64,000 nucleotides of DNA from a virus. Taxonomy: Duplodnaviria; Caudoviricetes. The stretch covers positions 546 through 64,545 of IMG/VR virus record IMGVR_UViG_3300020048_000137; one strand, written 5' to 3'. Below the pieces are notes generated by a model. It was given only the letters and a program-made list of their open reading frames with translations, had not been told where the DNA came from and made no database searches. Each line of letters starts with the position of its first letter. Position 1 is the first letter of the stretch. This document shows, one piece after another, positions 28,216-36,837 of the stretch. Both the position numbers and the translations under genes were made by a program.

Positions 28216-28577
28216 GTGAGTTGCCTGAGACCCTAGACGAGTGGCGCGATCACTACATCCCGCAAGGATTGGAAGTCATAGAAGCGGTAGTCAACCACTC
28301 CAATAAGGTCGGGAATCAACGCCTTGGTGCGGTAGCGGCTAAGGTTCATCTGGAGCGGGCGCGTCACGAGGATCTGCTTCGTAAGATTGCGGAATCTGGG
28401 AAGCACCATTGGTCGGCGACTCCTGGGTTTTGGGTAGCTGTTGGCGGATTTCTTCTAGCTGGTCTTGCAGCATGGTTTGCTTGGCAGTCAATACCTCATC
28501 CCACGCCGCAAGACGCAGGTTCCCAACCGAGTTCATCACCGACGCCGCCCCCAACAGTATCACCGACGCCCCCGTAA
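28212..28577 (+). CDS. Top-strand cassette gene, membrane protein with Pro-rich tail
   Basis: ATGA-coupled second ORF in same cassette. Confidence 0.65.
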   Translation: MSELPETLDEWRDHYIPQGLEVIEAVVNHSNKVGNQRLGAVAAKVHLERARHEDLLRKIAESGKHHWSATPGFWVAVGGFLLAGLAAWFAWQSIPHPTPQDAGSQPSSSPTPPPTVSPTPP

Positions 28578-28588
28578 TAATGAAGAGT

Positions 28589-28713
28589 AACGAACAAGGC
28601 GGCGCATTGCAACCCGCCCCCCGCTTTCCATTCAGGTCGCTCACTTGTCACCTCTCTTTCCGTGCTGCGGAGTGCGCTGAGTGGGAGCGGGTGCATGGCC
28701 TTTGACGTTAGCC
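28589..28713 (+). repeat. attC-like site
   Basis: Close relative of 27794 and 29220 sites. Confidence 0.9.
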
Positions 28714-28733
28714 ATGAAAGAAGAGTTCCCATT

Positions 28734-29225
28734 ATGAGCGCCACCGACCTCGCGAAAGACGCGATCCGCATTGTCAGCACCGCCGGACTCAGCAAAGATG
28801 TTATCGACCTTCTCAGCCTGAAGATCACGCTTCTGGATGACAAGATTTCGATGCTCTCGCAGGAGGTTCTCACGCTCACGCAGGAGGTTCTTACTCTCAA
28901 GGGTAAGAATTTTGACCTTCTTCGAGAGCTTGAAGAGCTTAAAAAGCAGAAGGGCGACTTGTCCCCATTTCCTGATGGATTCGACGACACGACGAACAGG
29001 ATTGTTGACACGATGTTTGGTGCTCGGGATGTTTCCAAGGAGGATATTGCCGGACATTTGGGAATTGAGTTTGGAGTTGCGGAGTATCATTTCGATTTAT
29101 TGTTGAGGGAGAGTTTTATATACCAGACTAGGATAGGCATGACTTTCAATCATGGACGAACCCCGGCGGGATTCAGTTTGACACCTGAAGGGCGAGCATA
29201 TGCCGTCAAAATGAAGAAAGGCTAA
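28734..29225 (+). CDS. Top-strand cassette gene: coiled coil plus winged-helix-like domain (163 aa)
   Basis: Start ATG 28734; FSLTPEGRAY wing motif; stop is inside inverse core. Confidence 0.7.
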   Translation: MSATDLAKDAIRIVSTAGLSKDVIDLLSLKITLLDDKISMLSQEVLTLTQEVLTLKGKNFDLLRELEELKKQKGDLSPFPDGFDDTTNRIVDTMFGARDVSKEDIAGHLGIEFGVAEYHFDLLLRESFIYQTRIGMTFNHGRTPAGFSLTPEGRAYAVKMKKG

Positions 29226-29344
29226 CAAGGCGGCGCATTGCAACCCGCTGCCCGCTGTGGAATCAAAGTTACTCATGGTCACTCTCCTTTCCGGTTATCG
29301 ACCCGCGCTGAGTGGCAGCGGGTGCATGGCCTTTGACGTTCACC
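29220..29344 (+). repeat. attC-like site
   Basis: GGCTAACAAGGCGGCGCATTGCAACCCGCTGCC / GGCAGCGGGTGCATGGCCTTTGACGTTCACC. Confidence 0.9.
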
Positions 29345-29616
29345 AGAGATTCCGTGGCGACGTTTTCCAGTTCTTCGAAAGTCGGTTCGCGGAACCGTCC
29401 GCATTGGAATCCTGGCTCGATTCCGTGTTGGTTAGGTCGGTTCTCCAGTTCGCGGAGTAGCACGGCGCATGTCCCGCGCAGCTTCCAGTCTTGGGCTGGC
29501 ACGATGTTCCGCACCGTGTAGATGTTTCCTTTGCGTGGGAGCGCGTTGAAGATGTCGTTGATTCCAGCAGGGAATCGGTCTTCGATGCAGACCACTTTGG
29601 CGTTGATGTCGAACAT
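29269..29616 (-). CDS. Bottom-strand cassette gene (phage-type hypothetical, SH3-like)
   Basis: KVVCIED...IYTVR...RFRE; ends inside attC loop. Confidence 0.65.
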   Translation of the reverse strand: MFDINAKVVCIEDRFPAGINDIFNALPRKGNIYTVRNIVPAQDWKLRGTCAVLLRELENRPNQHGIEPGFQCGRFREPTFEELENVATESLVNVKGHAPAATQRGSITGKESDHE

Positions 29617-29647
29617 GGTTTTTGAGTCGTTAGGTGATTCGGAAGAA

Positions 29648-29737
29648 GGTGAACAAGTCGTGGGTGGTCAACCGCCGGGAACGTCTTTCGGCAAAGCGGA
29701 GCCCAGCGTCGGCGGTGCCACCACTGGAACGTTCGGG
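29648..29737 (+). repeat. attC-like site
   Basis: GGTGAACAAG...GTGGGTGGTCAACCGCCG / CGGCGGTGCCACCAC...AACGTTCGGG. Confidence 0.85.
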
Positions 29738-30072
29738 CAATAGACTTCCAGCGCGTCATTGGCCGGGCGCGGTAGGTGGCCGACGATTTCACGCCAGCCG
29801 GTGATCGCTTCCCATCGGGCAACGCACGGATCGGATGGCGGAAGGTCGAGATAGTTCCGGCGGATGAGGTAAGTATCCCCTTCGTTTAGATTCACGGACC
29901 GGACGTTCATCCACGCGCCACTGTCGCCAAGACGCTTGAGCATATCGGAGATTGCTTCCGCGATTGAGATTTTCCGGGCTGCATCGGATCGTAGCACGGA
30001 AGCCTTATCCTTTAATGCCCGAACAATGCGTCGCTGATCGACGGGCTGAATCGTTCCATTTTCTTCACTCAT
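29668..30072 (-). CDS. Bottom-strand cassette gene starting and ending inside attC sites
   Basis: MSEENGTIQPVDQRRIVRA...; SD-like AAGGA in attC arm. Confidence 0.65.
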   Translation of the reverse strand: MSEENGTIQPVDQRRIVRALKDKASVLRSDAARKISIAEAISDMLKRLGDSGAWMNVRSVNLNEGDTYLIRRNYLDLPPSDPCVARWEAITGWREIVGHLPRPANDALEVYCPNVPVVAPPTLGSALPKDVPGG

Positions 30073-30116
30073 CGGCTTTTCCTTTTTCGCCTGCGTCAGG
30101 ACTTTTTGCGTTCATC
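30018..30116 (+). repeat. attC-like site
   Basis: CCCGAAC...CTGATCGACGGGC / GCCTGCGTCAG...GCGTTCATC with two extrahelical bases. Confidence 0.8.
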
Positions 30117-30219
30117 AAGAATGGAGATGGATAATCAGGGCTATCACCGCTCCAGCGAATAGCGAACCCGCGACGATGATGAATGTGCCAAGTTGCCAGT
30201 CTATTTTAGTTCCGTGCAT
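30115..30219 (-). CDS. Cassette-borne 34-aa single-TM peptide (not in ORF track)
   Basis: MHGTKIDWQLGTFIIVAGSLFAGAVIALIIHLHS; stop in core site. Confidence 0.5.
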   Translation of the reverse strand: MHGTKIDWQLGTFIIVAGSLFAGAVIALIIHLHS

Positions 30220-30252
30220 TTGTTGTGGCGTTGGTTGGTTTTAAATAAAGAT

Positions 30253-30325
30253 GATGAACAAGTTTGTAGAGGCGACGACGGGCAGCGTCCCCATTTAGGT
30301 TGGGAGTCCTTTCCCGTCGTCGCGC
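30253..30325 (+). repeat. Truncated attC-like site
   Basis: Inverse core GATGAAC and centre shared with 20174 site, but right L'/R' arm absent. Confidence 0.7.
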
Positions 30326-30675
30326 GATTGCTCGGCGTCCACTCGGTTCAAGGCGTCTGCTGCGGTGTCAAAATAGCCAAGGCTTTTTGTTCCGATCCGA
30401 GCTTGATATGGCTTGCGATAAAAAACGTTCGGCGGGAGCTTGGCACTCCCTGGAGACAGCGTCTTTGGTCGCCCTGCTTTCGCGTCGCTGAAAACTGCAC
30501 CTTCAGTGATTAACTTCTCATACGCGATGTCACGGTGAGCGCGTGCAAGGGTTTCGTCGGTCGTATTTAACGCGATGCGCCGCTGAATGCCGTCCTCGCG
30601 GAATAATAGAAACCACCTCCCCCTTACGCAGACGAGCCCGTGGTTTGGTTTATTGGATTTGTAGAGCTGGATCAT
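30295..30675 (-). CDS. DNA-binding protein (integrase-arm/AP2-like beta-sheet domains)
   Basis: RGRWFLLFREDG-RRIAL-TTD and YQARIG...LGYFDTAADA; no catalytic recombinase domain. Confidence 0.5.
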   Translation of the reverse strand: MIQLYKSNKPNHGLVCVRGRWFLLFREDGIQRRIALNTTDETLARAHRDIAYEKLITEGAVFSDAKAGRPKTLSPGSAKLPPNVFYRKPYQARIGTKSLGYFDTAADALNRVDAEQSRDDGKGLPT

Positions 30676-30678
30676 TAC

Positions 30679-31026
30679 TTAAGATATTACAGCGTTCACA
30701 TAACGGATACCTGTTTCAGTGAGGCTGAACTTTTTATTGCTTTCTCTGATATACCCCCGAGCCGCTAAAGCTCTGAGGTTATCCAATGCAGACTCGGCAG
30801 ACTTAGGGAACTGTCGGCGTTCGAGATACGTATCGGTGGTGGTGATTGTCCCCCCGTCGCCCCTTTTAGCGAGCAAAAGAAGAACGTGAATGTCAAAGAC
30901 GCTGATGGACGAGTAATTTTTGCGCCGCTTATCCATGTTTTTGGGGTCGGTAAACGCTTCCTCCTCCACAGCGTCTAATGCGCGTGCTTTCAAGATAAAC
31001 TGGGTAATATATTCCAAGCGTGTCAT
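30679..31026 (-). CDS. Winged-helix DNA-binding protein
   Basis: LRALAARGYI...FSLTETG motif. Confidence 0.6.
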   Translation of the reverse strand: MTRLEYITQFILKARALDAVEEEAFTDPKNMDKRRKNYSSISVFDIHVLLLLAKRGDGGTITTTDTYLERRQFPKSAESALDNLRALAARGYIRESNKKFSLTETGIRYVNAVIS

Positions 31027-31116
31027 CTTATTAGCAAACAGAGAATTGTAATGACGATGGGTAATCCCACTAGAAGTAATCCAATGAGTGTGTCGCGGGT
31101 CATTCGATAATCTCCT

Positions 31117-31404
31117 CTATTGACTTATTGACGTATTGAATTGTTCGACCCTTCGTTGAATGTCACGCTTCGCCTCTTCGGCTTCATACTCAATCTGCCT
31201 GCGAAGACTGTCAAGTTCATCCCGAACTTCATTTTTATACTCCTCCGGGTCTACGATCCCAACGAGCGGGAGAATATGCTCACAGATCAGACGCTCCGCG
31301 TCGTTGTCGGTGTTGATGTGGTGCCGTAAAAGTTCGGCGATTTCTGGTATGGTGTTCACGATGTTTATGGTGCTCATGGTGTTCATGGTGTTCATGGTGT
31401 TCAT
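31117..31404 (-). CDS. Hypothetical protein with MNT N-terminal repeats
   Basis: 9-bp tandem repeat encodes [12 protein letters not shown]. Confidence 0.55.
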   Translation of the reverse strand: MNTMNTMNTMSTINIVNTIPEIAELLRHHINTDNDAERLICEHILPLVGIVDPEEYKNEVRDELDSLRRQIEYEAEEAKRDIQRRVEQFNTSISQ

Positions 31405-31582
31405 GGTGTTATTTCGTCAAAACCCCCTCTTCCTCGGCGCAACGGATGATGTCCGCCATCGCTGCCCGAATGCTATGGGATTACTTCATGTAATTACCTC
31501 CATTGGTTGTGCGCCCGTAATAGGGGCTGGCACCCCGAAACCCGCTGGCTCTTGCGAACTCAGCGGGCGGGTCAAAGCGAAG

Positions 31583-31925
31583 TGGACATAGGGAGAGTCG
31601 AACTCCCGTCCTCGATGCGCGTCTTTGTCAGTCTCTACATGCTTAGTCCTTTCGGACGTTAGGGCGAACGGTTTCCTGCTCACCTCCACCACTCCGTCTT
31701 TACGGCTCGGAGTTCCGTTGTTTGCCCGGTTTGTTTCTCACCGCAGCGCGGGCGTTTCGGTGAGCGTGTTTTGCTTAGGCTACGAGAGCAACTGTGTTGC
31801 TTCCGAAGTTTCCGCGAATGACGTTGTTGCCATTTTTACTTTTGATCGGCTTTTCAGGAGGCCAACCGATCAACCTCCACATGCAACTGACAGATGGCGC
31901 ATCAAGTCGAAACCAGAATATGCCC
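31583..31925 (-). ncRNA. ssrA: tmRNA
   Basis: 5' GGGCAUAUUCUGGUUUCGAC; 3' T-arm GGGAGUUCGACUCUCCC and UAUGUCCA; G3-U70 pair; tag GNNVIRGNFGSNTVALVA-stop (31831-31775). Confidence 0.92.
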
Positions 31926-32133
31926 TTTGGTTTGCGGGGCTTCCCGCGAGTGCTAAGGAAGGGTTACTTCCAGAATCGCAGCGCGTCAAGTGCATTTCTG
32001 CAAAACTGCGAAAGTTTTTCTTTGCGGCGGGCGAATCGCTCGTCCCTTGCCCGTTTCTCGGCGAGGCGGGAGAGGATGGCGTAGGTGAGTGCCGGATCAA
32101 CGCCGACGGTAATGTGCTTTGTGTGTGTCATGT

Positions 32134-32331
32134 TCATGTTGTTGTCGGTGTGAGAATGAGAAGCCCGCCCGTCACGGCGCAGGTAAACTGGTCGGCGATC
32201 CGGTGGATTTCTTCGGGCGTGAAGTCGGACGCGGGGGTGCCTATCGTCACGCCTCCCGACGTGCGGGTGAGCGGTCGCGGGTGCGTGCGCTGACCGGTCG
32301 CGGGGTCGATGAATGTTATTTCGGCGGTCAT
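32134..32331 (-). CDS. Small early hypothetical protein
   Basis: MTAEITFIDP... Confidence 0.45.
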   Translation of the reverse strand: MTAEITFIDPATGQRTHPRPLTRTSGGVTIGTPASDFTPEEIHRIADQFTCAVTGGLLILTPTTT

Positions 32332-32561
32332 GGTTTCAGTGCGTTGAGTTTGTCGGCGCGGCGTTGCGCGGCCTCCATAGACCGGAACAGGATCGGTGAC
32401 TAGCTGCCCGTCATGGTCGACGTAGGGCTTCTGCTTGAACGGTGGGTATGATTTCATGGTGTTATTGTTTCAGTGTTCGGCGGGCGCATTGGAAGTCCCG
32501 CCCTATGCCACCGGGATTGTCCTGCTTATGGGGTTCCGGGGGGGGGCAACGGGCGAGGCTT

Positions 32562-33230
32562 TCAGGCCGGGGTGATTGGTTCGGCGTTCGCTATAATATC
32601 TCGGAATACCTTCGCCAGTTTCACGGCTGCGGTGATCGTCTCTTCGGTCATGGCGTGGTAGCCTGTACCGGGGTCGCGGTAAACCCCGTGCCGTGAAGTC
32701 CATGTACCCATCTTGTAAAGCCTCACATTCTCTCCGGTCATCAGGTCTTCGGCGAATACGCGCTTCCCGTTGTGGGTAGTTTTCGTGACCCTGAAAAACC
32801 CCTGCGGGCGTTCGAGAAACACGAAGCCGGACGCAGGCGGCTCCGCCGTCATGGGGGCTTCCTTGATCGCGGCTCGGAACGCCTCCAGCTTGCGCCTGTG
32901 CCTGTCCTGAAGGTGGCGGGACACGGCTTCACGGTAACAGCCCGCAACGTATGGTTCGGCTCCGCCAGCATAACCCGGTGTCCACCTGTCATACAGCCAC
33001 GGGTAGAGCGTGCGGAGTTCCTCGTGCGTTTCTTCGGCGATGCGGTAAGCCTCTTTCTTCCGCTTCTGGTGGGCAATGGAATCGGGGTGGGCATATTTCA
33101 CGGAATGATGTTCCTTGGCGAGCGAGCCACGGTTCCACCATTCCATACTCTCGTTGTCGGCGGCTATGACTTCCCGCACGGCTGCGGCGAGGCGTTCGAA
33201 GTCGGATCGTTTCATGGGGTTCGTTTTCAT
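32562..33230 (-). CDS. Early hypothetical protein
   Basis: Start at CCCACTGACACC-ATG leader. Confidence 0.6.
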   Translation of the reverse strand: MKTNPMKRSDFERLAAAVREVIAADNESMEWWNRGSLAKEHHSVKYAHPDSIAHQKRKKEAYRIAEETHEELRTLYPWLYDRWTPGYAGGAEPYVAGCYREAVSRHLQDRHRRKLEAFRAAIKEAPMTAEPPASGFVFLERPQGFFRVTKTTHNGKRVFAEDLMTGENVRLYKMGTWTSRHGVYRDPGTGYHAMTEETITAAVKLAKVFRDIIANAEPITPA

Positions 33231-33234
33231 GGTG

Positions 33235-33726
33235 TCAGTGGGTAGTCTGTCTGGCACATAGGTTTTCAACTGCCCGCTTGCCTTCATAGAGAGCCACGGT
33301 GAATCGTCCGGTGTAAGTGTCAGCAATTACGTTCCAAGTTTTTGTAGCTTCGGTCAGTGTGGTGCGCAACGTGGCGACGATCCGCCGCCCGACGTATATG
33401 GTATAAACCGTGGGGGAAGAGGCTTTAGCTTGCTTGCTGGTGAGTGCTTTCAGGCGCGTGTGATAGTGTCCACGGGGTAGCCGTTCAATAATTTCAAGGT
33501 CGTAGCCGTAACCCCGTGTCAGTGTTGAGGTCATGTCGGCAACCTGTTCTGGCGTTGCGGGGCGCGTGCGCCTCATACATACCTCAGGCCATGCTGATCC
33601 GTGCCCCTCGCCCGGTGCCCACGATTCGCAGAACGTGGGGTTGAGTGTTGCGCAGTGTTCAGGAAACAGAGCGAGCGGGGCGGCTTGCTTGTCCCTCCAT
33701 TGTCTAAATATCACTTTCGTTTGCAT
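33235..33726 (-). CDS. Early hypothetical protein
   Basis: MQTKVIFR...ALFPE...GEGHGSA...GYGYDLEII. Confidence 0.6.
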   Translation of the reverse strand: MQTKVIFRQWRDKQAAPLALFPEHCATLNPTFCESWAPGEGHGSAWPEVCMRRTRPATPEQVADMTSTLTRGYGYDLEIIERLPRGHYHTRLKALTSKQAKASSPTVYTIYVGRRIVATLRTTLTEATKTWNVIADTYTGRFTVALYEGKRAVENLCARQTTH

Positions 33727-33938
33727 TTCTTCAGTTCTTTCGTGGTTTGGTGTTAGCCCGCCGCGTGCTGGCGGGTAAATTCGTCGGTGGTCTCGGTGAG
33801 GAAGGCTTTCATTTTCTTCCAGAATTTCAATCCCTCGTAGCGGTCGCGGCTAACGCGCTTCCCGTTGACGAAGTATCTTGTGCGGTTTGTCCGGTGGTTG
33901 GTGGTTCTTGTAAAGGTCATGGTTTCGTGGGGTGGGGG

Positions 33939-34481
33939 TTATTCTCCGGCGTAGTTCGGTTTCTCCCCGGCTTTCACGATTGCATCCTCCAGCATCATCA
34001 TGTCGCTTTGGCTCAATCGCCTTGCGTGATAAGCCCGGTGGACTAGCTTCTGACATGCGGTGAGCATGGCGGCGTGTCCGGGGTCTAGGCTCCGCACGGT
34101 GCGGGCGAGGCCGCAAGGGGTCTTGCCGCCGTGCGTGGTTTCAATGTGCCCATCTTCCCGCCTGCGGCGGAGCTTCAGGACGCGGATCATTTCAAGGCCG
34201 ATTTCGTGGTCGGCTTGGTTCTCAGGGCTGATGTCTTTATCGTGTTTCATTGGTTCGGTTCTTTCGTGGGGTGGGGGTTGTGCGGTGGCGCGGGCGATTT
34301 CCTTTTCCTCATGTTCCGCCGTGGAGATTTCAGGATCTCCGACGACAAGGCCGCGATTTGTCCACTTCTCCCCGTCAATGGCGGCGAACTTGCGGGCGCG
34401 GTTCATGTTCGTATCGGCTAGGTAGCGTTCCCGCTCCCCGCCGTCGGCGTGCTTGCGTGTGTACAGACATACGGTTTTCAT
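33939..34481 (-). CDS. Early hypothetical protein
   Basis: Starts at shared CGAAAAACGAAAAT-ATG leader. Confidence 0.6.
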   Translation of the reverse strand: MKTVCLYTRKHADGGERERYLADTNMNRARKFAAIDGEKWTNRGLVVGDPEISTAEHEEKEIARATAQPPPHERTEPMKHDKDISPENQADHEIGLEMIRVLKLRRRREDGHIETTHGGKTPCGLARTVRSLDPGHAAMLTACQKLVHRAYHARRLSQSDMMMLEDAIVKAGEKPNYAGE

Positions 34482-34578
34482 ATTTTCGTTTTTCGTTTTA
34501 GGGTCGCTCCACATTTACCCAGGCTTGCGACTGGCGGGCGCGTCGTGCGCCCGGCTGTGTTACCCCTTGCGGGGCGGC

Positions 34579-34812
34579 TTACTGATACATGGCTTCATCC
34601 ACCACCAGTTCAAGGGCGCGGGTGTCCGTGAGTCGGCGGGGCACTGCAATAGGTGTTCCGTGCGCGGGCTTGTGGTATCGCGACTTAGTGTCAAACTTGC
34701 AGCCCTTGCTTTCATCATAACGGACTATCACGGCACAGCTTTCGGTGTCTTCGCATTCAGTCCATGCGGGGATGGTGATTCCCGCAAAGGTGTATTCCTC
34801 GGTCGTTTGCAT
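34579..34812 (-). CDS. Early hypothetical protein
   Basis: Starts at shared leader. Confidence 0.5.
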   Translation of the reverse strand: MQTTEEYTFAGITIPAWTECEDTESCAVIVRYDESKGCKFDTKSRYHKPAHGTPIAVPRRLTDTRALELVVDEAMYQ

Positions 34813-35098
34813 ATTTTCGTTTTTCGATTTTCGATTTAGGCGGGCGGCTGGCTTTTCCCGCCGCCCTTCGCCCAGGATGCCCGCGCCGGGGGTTAGTCCG
34901 GGCGGGCGGGGCTTGGGGTTATCGGGTGCGGGGTTAGGCGGTGATGCGTTCCGGGTTTCTTGTGATTCCCGAACGGGTGACAACCCCTCCGACTCTCACT
35001 TGGTAAAAGTAGCGGGACACTCCGCGCAATTCGTAAACCTGAATTAGAGAGGGCTTGATTGGCTTTATGGTGATTCGCGTATTCATGGGGTGCGGGGT

Positions 35099-35545
35099 TT
35101 AGAGATACGTGGGGGTCATTTGCGCGAGCTTGGCGCATTCCTTTTCCGTGATCGCGCCGACGTGGGCGGCGGTGTGCATGATGTCATAATTCACGGCAAA
35201 GACCATATTCATTCCGCAACCTCCAATTCTGAATCCTTCCTTTGCTGCGGGGGTGTAGCCAAGGGCACGGAAAAGGCCGTGGAAATTCAAGATACCGTGA
35301 TTCTGGCCGTTGTTCATTTTCTGGCTGTATTTTGCGCACTCGAAAAAGCTCATGTTCCGAGACATGCCGGAAGATGAGACGGAATGGATGACGCAGAAAA
35401 GCCGCCCATCGCGTACGGCTTTGACGTAGCGAAGGAGATTTTCGGCGAGTTCTTCCGGCGTGTTGTAAATGTCGGATTTCATCCATTTCTTGACTTCCGG
35501 GCGGGTGGAGAGTTTGGCGGCGATGCGTTCAATTTTCGTTTTCAT
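35099..35545 (-). CDS. Early hypothetical protein (SSSGMSR...GCGMNM family)
   Basis: Motifs recurrent in early phage/plasmid genes; starts at shared leader. Confidence 0.65.
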   Translation of the reverse strand: MKTKIERIAAKLSTRPEVKKWMKSDIYNTPEELAENLLRYVKAVRDGRLFCVIHSVSSSGMSRNMSFFECAKYSQKMNNGQNHGILNFHGLFRALGYTPAAKEGFRIGGCGMNMVFAVNYDIMHTAAHVGAITEKECAKLAQMTPTYL

Positions 35546-35653
35546 ATTTTCGTTTTTCGGTTTAGGCGGGCGCGTATTGTGTCCCGCGCCCAGAAAGCCC
35601 CGCCCCTCCATTACGGGGGCGAGGCGATGCTTGAGAGGGGGTCAGGGTTAGGG

Positions 35654-35824
35654 TTAGGGTATCAGGAGCCACGCTAGGGAGGCGAGGGCGACGATCCAGC
35701 CAGCAAGTGCCGTCAGCATGGCGAGGCGAGGTATTGACACAGCGAGCCATGGGCGGCGGTGATGCTTGGGCGCGGGCAACGGTAGGTTGCGAGCGCGGCG
35801 GGTGATGTATGGGGCGGGAGTCAT
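35654..35824 (-). CDS. Small membrane protein
   Basis: C-terminal hydrophobic helix; CCCACTGACACC-ATG leader. Confidence 0.45.
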   Translation of the reverse strand: MTPAPYITRRARNLPLPAPKHHRRPWLAVSIPRLAMLTALAGWIVALASLAWLLIP

Positions 35825-35987
35825 GGTGTCAGTGGGGTAATGGTTATATTGAGAGGGCGAGCACGGCGGCGAGGTATAGCGCGGCCATGAGGGCAAAGGT
35901 GGGTAGGATGTACCGCGCCAGTCCGCACGCCATGAGGGCGGCGAGGGTGAGGGCGGCGACGATTAGGAGCGAGGGGGTCATGGCGGG

Positions 35988-36521
35988 TTAGGCGTTAGCG
36001 GCGAGAAACGCGGTCAGCTCAGCGATAAAAGTTTCGGACTCCTTGAATTTAATCGCATCAACCCCGACAGTGATATTATCGTTGTACCGATTGGCAAGAG
36101 CCTCTTGCCACGTTGCAAACTTGCGCCGCGTGCCGTCAGACAGCATCATCGACTGCCCTTGCCACGTGCCGCCGCATGTCACATTGCGGCCCCATCCGCC
36201 GGGGTGTTTTGCGAAGCAGTTATGCCACTCGCAACCGTCATCGTTGATCTCTACGCTCAAAACGGGGCCATGATGTTTTGATCCGACGTAAAACCGGACA
36301 ACCTCCGCAGTCTCGCTGCGTTGCTCCAATGCGGTCTCAAAATAGCGGTTACTAGGCATGTCGCCGGATAGCCGCCCGCAAAACCTTTTGCCACCGAAAA
36401 TGACGGTGCGCCCCAAAAAGGGGAGGTCTTGGGCGTGGATTGTTTTGCCCGTCAGCGCGGCGAGCGCGGCGAGCTGGTCATCTGTCAGGGATGTGGGGAC
36501 TGCAGGCGGTATCGTTTTCAT
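35988..36521 (-). CDS. First early hypothetical protein
   Basis: Start after (AACCA)n leader. Confidence 0.55.
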   Translation of the reverse strand: MKTIPPAVPTSLTDDQLAALAALTGKTIHAQDLPFLGRTVIFGGKRFCGRLSGDMPSNRYFETALEQRSETAEVVRFYVGSKHHGPVLSVEINDDGCEWHNCFAKHPGGWGRNVTCGGTWQGQSMMLSDGTRRKFATWQEALANRYNDNITVGVDAIKFKESETFIAELTAFLAANA

Positions 36522-36837
36522 GGTTTGGTTTGGTTTGGTTTGGTGTTGCGTCGCTCTCACTGGCGACGGCGGGACAATACGCACGGGGAGAGGGGGAGGT
36601 CAAGCGGTTTTTGCTAAAAAAGCGAAAATAAATCGTTTTCGCAGGTTTTACGGGGTTGCGGGGCGGGGTGAGGGGTGAAAAGAGGGGGAAATGGAGCCGG
36701 ATTGGGATTTCCAATTTTCCAATTATAACCAACACTGTTATTTTTACCCTCTTGGTTATTTCTCAGAATCCCGCGTCAGGAAAGAAAAGAAGAATAGGGT
36801 TGCGCCCCGCAGGGTGGGGGAGTATCATCTCAACACT

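Larger units (their letters stand above)
26958..30325 (+). mobile_element. Integron-like cassette array 2 (6 cassettes, no integrase)
   Basis: Exact pairs: GTTCGGC 27016/GCCGAAC 27794; GTTCGTT 27911/AACGAAC 28589; GTTAGCC 28707/GGCTAAC 29220; GTTCACC 29338/GGTGAAC 29648; GTTCGGG 29731/CCCGAAC 30018; GTTCATC 30110/GATGAAC 30253. Confidence 0.92.

Noticed and set aside
18100-30325. Repeats with unique spacers as a CRISPR array
   Set aside because: Units are 87-131 bp divergent hairpins separated by 140-800 bp gene-bearing segments, which fits attC cassettes and not CRISPR
30295-30675. Integrase
   Set aside because: Only 126 aa of arm-type DNA-binding sequence; no catalytic R-H-R-Y residues
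31625-32293. 222-aa + strand ORF and neighbours overlapping 31.6-32.1 kb
   Set aside because: Antisense shadow of the tmRNA and early genes; no protein-like features
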